Shown piece by piece: positions 57,523 through 64,000 of a DNA stretch of 64,000 nucleotides. The DNA comes from Candidatus Thorarchaeota archaeon. Lineage in GTDB: Archaea > Asgardarchaeota > Thorarchaeia > Thorarchaeales > Thorarchaeaceae. The stretch spans positions 67,304 through 131,303 of the forward strand of contig JBHLQH010000003.1 of NCBI GenBank assembly GCA_048884965.1, in the 5' to 3' direction. Each line of letters begins with the position of its first letter. The stretch's first letter is position 1. Made by a program: the position numbers and the translations under genes. The notes below the pieces were generated by a model, which did no database searches, was not told where the DNA came from, and was given only the letters and a program-made list of their open reading frames with translations.

Positions 57523-60500
57523 TCCTTGAGCATCTCTTCGACCTCATCAAGGAAGCTCCTCTCACGCCACCATCGAAGGTCTCGCGCGCCTGTTGGGCAG
57601 ATGGCAGTACATGCTCCGCACCCCTCGCACTTCATCTCATCAGTCACGCTCTTCTTGACTCCGGGAGTACGTTCGATCATCGATACTGCATCATAGGGGC
57701 AGATCTCTGAGTAGTGACACAGGTCGCAACCAACACAGAGGTCCTCATCCACTTCTGCAGTCAGAAGCTCAATTGCTACTGTGCCAAGGTTCAATGGGAT
57801 GGTTGCAGCGCTTGCTGCTCCTCGTGCTTGATTGACTGAATCCTGAACGTTCTTTGCGTAGGTGACTCCTAGGAATACTCCAGGCACCGTCGTTTCGACT
57901 GGGCGATACTTCATGTGCATCTCTGCAAGGAAACCGTCTTGTCCCCTATTGATGCCTATCGCCTTTGAAAGCCCATCCACGTCGTGTGGGGCTTCAAGCC
58001 CTAGTGCAAGAACTACCATGTTAGAGCGAATCTTGAAGGTTTCTTGTGACAATGTGTCATAAATCGTAACAATGGCCTCATCTGAGTCAGGAGCCTTCTC
58101 CACAGTTATAGGCTTCTCGCGTATCCATCGGAGATAGGAAACGCCATGCCGTCTGTTCTCACGCCACATCTCCTCCATTCCATTCGCATAGGGCCTGATG
58201 TGCTCCTTATACGCTGAGAATATCTTGATGTCCGGGAACAACTCCCTGAGCTCATTCTGCATGGATATGACTGCAGAACAACAGACTCTCGAGCAATACC
58301 TATTGCCTTCTCCGGGTGATTGACGAGAACCAACACAATGGATGAATATTGGGTTCTTTGGCGGCTTCTTCAACTCCCCGGCTTTCAGCATCTTCTCAAG
58401 CTGCAGGGTCGAGATGACAGCTGGGACTTGATTCCACCCGTACTCTTCTTCCTTAGGCTCATAGACATCCGTACCTATTGTAATCACAATTGTTCCAACA
58501 CGATAGACTGACTCTTCCTCTGTTTCGACATTCATAACGGTGATATCGTAGTTACCATAGGAGCCATCACGTTTCATTGGTATCGTGTTGAATAGGACCT
58601 TGATTCTCTTCTCTTTCTCAACTCTACTTTTCAGGTCATCAACGATATCTTGTGAGCTCTCCATCTTTGGGAATAGGCGATAGAGCTCATTGAGTCGTCC
58701 ACCTAGTTTGTCCTGTTTCTCTACAAGGATGACCTCAAAGCCTTTCCTTGCAATATCAAGTGCTGCAGTCATTCCAGACACGCCCCCACCCACTACCATT
58801 GTAGCTCGTGTTACTTCTACTTCCTTCAGGGGGATGTCCTCGTTGTTGATGGCCTTAGCAACAGCACTACGAATCATGTCCTGAGCTTTTTCCTGTCGCT
58901 CCTCTCGCGGTGCCTTTGTGTGTACAAGTGCAAGATGCTCTCTAAGACCGACAGGTCCTACGAGATAATATGGTGACAATCCTGCTGCCTCTAGGGCACG
59001 TCTAAACGTCGCCTCATGTTGTAGGGGTGAGCAAGATCCCACTACAACTCGATTGAGTTTGTGCTCTTTGATTGCCTGAGTCACTAGTTCCTGTCCCGGA
59101 TCGCTGCACATGAAGATGTAGTCAGTGCTGTATGCAACGTTCGGAAGGTCCTTTGCCCAATCTGCCAGCCCTGGGGAGCTGATCTCATTTCCAATGATAC
59201 CACCACAATGGCATATGAACACACCAACTCTCGGCTCCTCGGTGATTTCAGCTGGCTCTATCACTTCCTTCTCAGGGGGCACGGGAATTGGCAGGATGGA
59301 ATGAGCTACCATTGCTGCTCCCTTTCCCTCATTCACAGTATCAGTACCATCCCTGGGACCATGGGCGCAACCGGCAACATAGACCCCCGCTCGACTGGTT
59401 TCCAGACCATGAGCGTTGGAATGCTTCTCCTTGATCCAGCCGTTCTCATCAAGCTCGATATTGAGGATTCTCGCAAGATCTTCGTTCTCTGGGTGCGGTC
59501 TGAAGCTAGAGTTCAGGACCACCATGGAAATGTTGTCTATCTCAATGATCTTGCCATTGTCCGTATCTTCCATCTTCACGAATAAGTCATGGGTATCTGG
59601 GTCCTCGCTGATCTCCGCGACACGACCCCTGATGAAATCGATTCCCTGATTGTGTTGACTGTCCCACAGGAACTCCTCAAGCGCCTTTCCAGCAGTCCTC
59701 ATATCCATGTAGGTATAGATGATCTCACAATGGTCCTCAGGATAGTGCATTCTGGTGACTTGTGCTAGCTTTGCGCCGAATGAACAACAGACCTTGTTAC
59801 AATGATGAGCATAACCAGAAATATTCTCACGAACATCCCTACTTCCAACGCAGTTCACAAAGAGGATCTTCTCAGGTTCCTTTCCATCCGATGGCCTGAC
59901 CATGTGTGAGTCGGTCGGTCCAGTTGGGTGCGACTGCCTGTCATATTCTAAGGAGGTGACGACGTTGGGGTAGATCCCATAGCCATACTCACCATAGTCA
60001 TTCGGTTTGTACTCCTTGAATCCTGTCGCAACGATGATTGAACCAACATCTAGGTCATAGACCTTGTCCTCATCATCATACATGATGCAATCCTGTGGAC
60101 AGACCCCTGCGCAAGTACCACATCCAATGCATGCTTCCCTGTCAATGGTCGCGATGAGAGGGACCTGCTGGGGGAAGTTCATGTAGATTGCTTTTCGCAA
60201 TGAGAGACCTTCGTCATAGTCATTTGGTACTTCGACTGGACATGAGCGGATGCACAGCTGACATCCGGTGCATTTGTCCGCGTTCACATACCGCGCTCTC
60301 TTTCGGACCGTGACAGTAAAGTCACCTGCACGACCTGAAACCTTCTCCACCTGGGAGAGAGGATGAACTGTGATGTTTGGATGCTTTCCGACATAGGATG
60401 TGAGGGGAGTCATGACGCAGGCTGAACACTCTAAAGCAGGGAATATCTTGTAAACAGCAACGTAATTGCCACCGATATTCACAGACTTCTCTATGATATG

Positions 60501-60623
60501 TGCACGATGGCCTCCTTCCGCAAGGGCGATTGCCGCGTTGATTCCAGCCATTCCGCCACCGATGACGAGTACATCAGTAGGCTTTGAAGGAACATCCGAC
60601 TTTGGTGCTGATTCGCTGACCAT
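57519..60623 (-). CDS. hdrA: Double-FAD heterodisulfide reductase subunit A (no MvhD)
   Basis: GGGMAG and GGGVSG motifs, inserted and C-terminal ferredoxins, CHCGG. Confidence 0.95.
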   Translation of the reverse strand: MVSESAPKSDVPSKPTDVLVIGGGMAGINAAIALAEGGHRAHIIEKSVNIGGNYVAVYKIFPALECSACVMTPLTSYVGKHPNITVHPLSQVEKVSGRAGDFTVTVRKRARYVNADKCTGCQLCIRSCPVEVPNDYDEGLSLRKAIYMNFPQQVPLIATIDREACIGCGTCAGVCPQDCIMYDDEDKVYDLDVGSIIVATGFKEYKPNDYGEYGYGIYPNVVTSLEYDRQSHPTGPTDSHMVRPSDGKEPEKILFVNCVGSRDVRENISGYAHHCNKVCCSFGAKLAQVTRMHYPEDHCEIIYTYMDMRTAGKALEEFLWDSQHNQGIDFIRGRVAEISEDPDTHDLFVKMEDTDNGKIIEIDNISMVVLNSSFRPHPENEDLARILNIELDENGWIKEKHSNAHGLETSRAGVYVAGCAHGPRDGTDTVNEGKGAAMVAHSILPIPVPPEKEVIEPAEITEEPRVGVFICHCGGIIGNEISSPGLADWAKDLPNVAYSTDYIFMCSDPGQELVTQAIKEHKLNRVVVGSCSPLQHEATFRRALEAAGLSPYYLVGPVGLREHLALVHTKAPREERQEKAQDMIRSAVAKAINNEDIPLKEVEVTRATMVVGGGVSGMTAALDIARKGFEVILVEKQDKLGGRLNELYRLFPKMESSQDIVDDLKSRVEKEKRIKVLFNTIPMKRDGSYGNYDITVMNVETEEESVYRVGTIVITIGTDVYEPKEEEYGWNQVPAVISTLQLEKMLKAGELKKPPKNPIFIHCVGSRQSPGEGNRYCSRVCCSAVISMQNELRELFPDIKIFSAYKEHIRPYANGMEEMWRENRRHGVSYLRWIREKPITVEKAPDSDEAIVTIYDTLSQETFKIRSNMVVLALGLEAPHDVDGLSKAIGINRGQDGFLAEMHMKYRPVETTVPGVFLGVTYAKNVQDSVNQARGAASAATIPLNLGTVAIELLTAEVDEDLCVGCDLCHYSEICPYDAVSMIERTPGVKKSVTDEMKCEGCGACTAICPTGARDLRWWRERSFLDEVEEMLKE

Positions 60624-60705
60624 GAAACAAGTCTCCAGCAGGGATTACAACGAAGGCGTGGTCGATTTGAACGATATAATCTTTCTGTCTTGACATCATT
60701 CGGCC

Positions 60706-60718
60706 TTTACGTTGTTAA
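60706..60718. promoter_or_regulatory. TTAAC-N3-GTTAA-type site upstream of the second hdrA
   Basis: Minus-strand TTAACaacGTAAA, ~27 bp before ATTATAT at 60680. Confidence 0.5.
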
Positions 60719-60785
60719 GATTGAACTCCATGCCTTCTTCTCTCTAGAAAGTGGAAATCAGGGCCAAGAGCATTGCGTCAACAGA

Positions 60786-61202
60786 TTATCTACAATCTTT
60801 GCATGTAGTATAGAGATCCAAACGTTGTCCTACAGCTGTTGTACCAACTAATTCAACAATCTCGTTCCATTTGATTTCTATATCTTTAGACTCATAGTCC
60901 CAAATTCTGCCGCATTGCTGACATATCACATTTACGTGGACTGAGGTATTTGGATCATACCTTGATGAGTTCTCATAACGTAATTCCTGTACCAGATTCA
61001 ATTCAATCAACATATCCATTGTAAGATAGATCGTATTCATGCTAATGGTTGGATGCGTTTTCGAGATTTCAGTACGAATCTCTTCTACAGTAGGATGTTT
61101 GTCACTGGCTAAAACATACAAACAGATTGCAAGCCGCTGAGGTGTAACTTTATACCCTTTGTCACGTAGTAGCGTGATTAGTTGGTCTTTGGTTACTTTC
61201 AT
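60786..61202 (-). CDS. perR: Fur family regulator, PerR-like
   Basis: TPQR, HPT, TIY, RYD, CQQC and CKDC motifs; divergent from catalase. Confidence 0.85.
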   Translation of the reverse strand: MKVTKDQLITLLRDKGYKVTPQRLAICLYVLASDKHPTVEEIRTEISKTHPTISMNTIYLTMDMLIELNLVQELRYENSSRYDPNTSVHVNVICQQCGRIWDYESKDIEIKWNEIVELVGTTAVGQRLDLYTTCKDCR

Positions 61203-61277
61203 AGTCTTGCATCCATTTGGTCTAATTATACCGTCTTTTTAATCCTTTATCACCTGAACAAAAGCATTAAATGAAAC

Positions 61278-61295
61278 AATTACTAATTAGTAATT
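61278..61295. promoter_or_regulatory. PerR/Fur-type operator
   Basis: Perfect 18-bp palindrome AATTACTAATTAGTAATT just downstream of the catalase TATA-like ATTAAAT. Confidence 0.8.
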
Positions 61296-61331
61296 ATTCC
61301 TATTAAGCGATTTGCTTATGGGACTAGAGGG

Positions 61332-62786
61332 ATGTGTAAACCTATGCCAAAGGAAAAGAAAATGACGACTGCATCAGGCATTCCTGTTGCAGACAATCAA
61401 AACTCACTAACCGCAGGAGAGAGAGGTCCAGTGCTTTTGCAGGATTTTCATCTCCTGGAGAAACTTGCTCATTTCAATAGAGAACGAATTCCTGAAAGAG
61501 TAGTTCATGCCAAGGGTGCAGGAGCTTTCGGGACTCTTACAGTAACGCATGATATAACGAAATACACCAAAGCCAAGTTGTTCTCGAAGGTTGGAAAACA
61601 GACGGATCTCCTCCTTCGTTTCTCAACCGTAGCAGGAGAAAAAGGTTCAGCAGACACCGTAAGAGACGTACGGGGCTTTGCCATCAAGTTCTATACCGAG
61701 GAAGGTAATTGGGACTTGGTCGGCAACAATACTCCAGTCTTCTTCCTTCGTGATCCCCTTAAGTTTCCTGACTTCATCCACACGCAGAAACGCGTTCCAC
61801 AGACCAATCTGAAATCTGATGAGATACAGTGGGATTTCTGGTCTCTGGTGCCTGAGTCCCTACATCAAGTCACGATCTTGTTCTCCGACCGAGGAACTCC
61901 GAAAGGATACGCCCACATCAACGGATATGGAAGTCATACATACAGTTTCATCAATGCTAAGGATGAACGATTCTGGGTGAAATTTCATTTTAAAACGGCT
62001 CAAGGTATTGAGAACTTCGCCGCAGAGGAAGCGGCTAAACTGACATCTGAGGACCCCGATTGGGCTACCAGAGATCTATTCGAACGTATCAAAAGAGGTG
62101 ATTTTCCCAAATGGAATTTCAAGGTCCAAATCATGCCTGAAGATGAAGCTGCTAGCTATAGATGGAATCCATTCGACCTTACCAAGGTATGGCCACATGC
62201 AGACTATCCCCTAATCGATGTAGGTGTCTTGGAACTTAACCACAATCCGATGAACTATTTCGCTGATATCGAACAGGCGGCTTTTGCTCCATCTAATATA
62301 GTACCTGGAATCTCATTCTCACCTGATAAGATGCTGCAAGCTCGCATCTTTTCATATGCCGATGCTCATAGATATCGACTCGGTGTCAATCACCAATTGC
62401 TCCCAGTGAACAGAGCGAAGCATGCTGAAGTCCACAGCAATCAACGAGATGGATTCATGAGGCTTGATGACAACGGAGGAGCTACATTCAACTACGAGCC
62501 AGATAGTTTTGGAGGTCCCAAGGCGGACTCGGCGTATCGAGAGCCTCCGCTGAGGATTTCAGGTGATGCTGATAGGTATGATCAACCCAGAGGTGTGGAT
62601 GATGACTACATCCAACCCGGCAATCTATTCCGACTGATGACCCCAGCTGAGCAGGCAAGGCTAATGGATAATATTGTTGGATCCCTGAGAAAGACGTCTA
62701 AGGAGATTCAAGAGAGAATGGTTAAACATTTCACCAAGGCTGACCCTGCATATGGTAAGGGCATCAAAGATCGGCTTGGTCATTAG
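61332..62786 (+). CDS. katA: Monofunctional small-subunit heme catalase
   Basis: [19 protein letters not shown] and RIFSYADAH motifs. Confidence 0.96.
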   Translation: MCKPMPKEKKMTTASGIPVADNQNSLTAGERGPVLLQDFHLLEKLAHFNRERIPERVVHAKGAGAFGTLTVTHDITKYTKAKLFSKVGKQTDLLLRFSTVAGEKGSADTVRDVRGFAIKFYTEEGNWDLVGNNTPVFFLRDPLKFPDFIHTQKRVPQTNLKSDEIQWDFWSLVPESLHQVTILFSDRGTPKGYAHINGYGSHTYSFINAKDERFWVKFHFKTAQGIENFAAEEAAKLTSEDPDWATRDLFERIKRGDFPKWNFKVQIMPEDEAASYRWNPFDLTKVWPHADYPLIDVGVLELNHNPMNYFADIEQAAFAPSNIVPGISFSPDKMLQARIFSYADAHRYRLGVNHQLLPVNRAKHAEVHSNQRDGFMRLDDNGGATFNYEPDSFGGPKADSAYREPPLRISGDADRYDQPRGVDDDYIQPGNLFRLMTPAEQARLMDNIVGSLRKTSKEIQERMVKHFTKADPAYGKGIKDRLGH

Positions 62787-62805
62787 GAAACTAATAGGAT
62801 ACAGA

Positions 62806-62823
62806 GGCGGTATGAATGCCGCC
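62806..62823 (+). terminator. Hairpin after the catalase gene
   Basis: GGCGGTA-tgaa-TGCCGCC. Confidence 0.55.
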
Positions 62824-62933
62824 ATCTCTATTACTTTCAAACTTGCTGTGTACAACAGCATTAAGTATCTAATCAGAAGGAACTTGTCATTCAGTTATCT
62901 TGCCTTCATATAGCTGATTGAGGGTACTCAGAG

Positions 62934-64000
62934 ATGGAATTGGAACAAACAGCATCCGTTAGTAGGTTCTATTCGTGGCTTGGTGTAGATTCCCTTAGTG
63001 GTGAGCTTAGAAAGGCCATTCGAGCTCGGATGATGGTCAACTTCCCTCGGATATTCGCGGGGAATTTTCTGATCATCACCTTGACCCTTTTCTATCTCGA
63101 TACCCTCAATCCCTTAGAGATTGGTGCTGTCTGGAGTGTCTATTTTACCACCCTTGCGCTTCTCGACTACGTTTCAGGAACCATCGGTGATCAGATTGGG
63201 TACAAACGGGTTCTTCTTGGTGCATATATCTCTAAACTAATCGCTATTCCTTTCCTGTTATTTGGAACCACGTTCGCTTGGTATGCACTGTTCATGGTTC
63301 TGCTCGCAATAGGAGATTCACAGGAGAGCGGAGCACTTGAGGCGTGGTTCGATAACTACTATCGTCCTCGAGCAGAGATAGAGGATCCAGAGCGCAAGAT
63401 ATACACTCAGTTCATAGCTCGAGCCACTCCGTTCTACAATCTTATGACCATCTCTGGATTCGTTGTTGGAGGATTCATTGCCACTGAGATATCCCGCCAG
63501 ACTGTCTTCGCTGTATTTGCGTTCCTCTTGGTCTTCGAACTTGTGTTGATTCAAAAGGTGATTTGGGAAGATGTGAACAGGACTTCAGAGCAACAGTCAA
63601 CTGGTTACCTAGGAAGGATACGTGAGAGCCTTTCCATCTTCGTGAACTCGCGTACCATCTTCTTCTATTTCCTTGGTATCGCAGCAATATGGGCTGCGAA
63701 CGAATCGGTCTGGCATACCTTCATCTCTATCAAGATATACCTCGAATATACCGGCTCTGATGCAGGCGCGGGTGTGCTTCGCTCAGCAGTCTTCGCAAGT
63801 GCACTTCTCTGGCAATTACTGGTCATCAAGTTCATTGACCGATTCAAGAGACCTCACCTCTATGTCTTCCTTTCGACAGTGGTCAGCAATGCGATGTTCT
63901 TTGCAATGATTCTCACTTACTACCAAGCAGTTCCACCAAATAGTGTTGATATCCTACCAGCTGTTGGTATCTTGCTACTATATCAGATTCCTGCAGCATG
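62934..64000 (+). CDS. MFS transporter (runs off window end; not in ORF track)
   Basis: Frame read from ATG62934; motif A LDYVSGTIGDQIGYKRVL and ESGALEAWF. Confidence 0.88.
   Translation, partial: MELEQTASVSRFYSWLGVDSLSGELRKAIRARMMVNFPRIFAGNFLIITLTLFYLDTLNPLEIGAVWSVYFTTLALLDYVSGTIGDQIGYKRVLLGAYISKLIAIPFLLFGTTFAWYALFMVLLAIGDSQESGALEAWFDNYYRPRAEIEDPERKIYTQFIARATPFYNLMTISGFVVGGFIATEISRQTVFAVFAFLLVFELVLIQKVIWEDVNRTSEQQSTGYLGRIRESLSIFVNSRTIFFYFLGIAAIWAANESVWHTFISIKIYLEYTGSDAGAGVLRSAVFASALLWQLLVIKFIDRFKRPHLYVFLSTVVSNAMFFAMILTYYQAVPPNSVDILPAVGILLLYQIPAA

Noticed and set aside
51557-60623. Selenocysteine (in-frame UGA) in HdrA/MvhD, as found in some Asgard archaea and methanococci
   Set aside because: Both frames are uninterrupted and the Sec-equivalent positions are Cys (DCSMC, ECSAC, CNWC, GCHFGDC)
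32375-60623. Methanogenesis locus
   Set aside because: No mcr, mtr, fwd or hydrogenase catalytic genes in the window; Hdr alone is not diagnostic
27029-60718. SurR binding sites
   Set aside because: The SurR motif is GTT-N3-AAC; the sites here have the inverse arrangement AAC-N3-GTT
1-64000. Numerous 60-170 aa ORFs antisense to or overlapping the called genes (e.g. 2735-3229, 7849-8331, 36115-36630, 53932-54408)
   Set aside because: Shadow frames of well-supported genes with no motifs of their own

Overview
Gene-dense archaeal chromosomal segment, most likely Asgard (Thorarchaeia-like). This assignment is an inference from the Rab-like GTPase, longin-domain proteins, LRR protein, archaeal TATA/leaderless genes, DUF2096 and Hdr content. 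Anaerobic redox metabolism dominates: three hdrCB pairs, two ~1000-1150 aa double-FAD HdrA proteins (one fused to MvhD), a split 2-oxoacid:ferredoxin oxidoreductase (korDA / korBC), a 2-hydroxyacyl-CoA dehydratase-type trio divergent from two acyl-CoA ligases, an acyl-CoA dehydrogenase, ferredoxins and a PerR/Fur-catalase pair. Most notable observations: (1) an NPRL2-like longin+tandem-wHTH gene next to an atypical Rab-like GTPase; (2) a ~4.2 kb accessory island bracketed by a diverged duplicate of the hdrB 3' end, carrying a kinase-less PAS sensor and a three-gene operon of Pepco/Trypco-like and Tyr/Trp-rich small proteins; (3) a shared TTAAC-N3-GTTAA palindrome upstream of hdrA, hdrC and korB promoters; (4) asymmetric double HdrAs retaining only one bifurcation-type flavin site each; (5) unannotated small genes in the 49.5-50.2 kb gap. 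No rRNA, tRNA, CRISPR array or transposase was recognised. All family calls come from motif recognition by eye, not from database searches.
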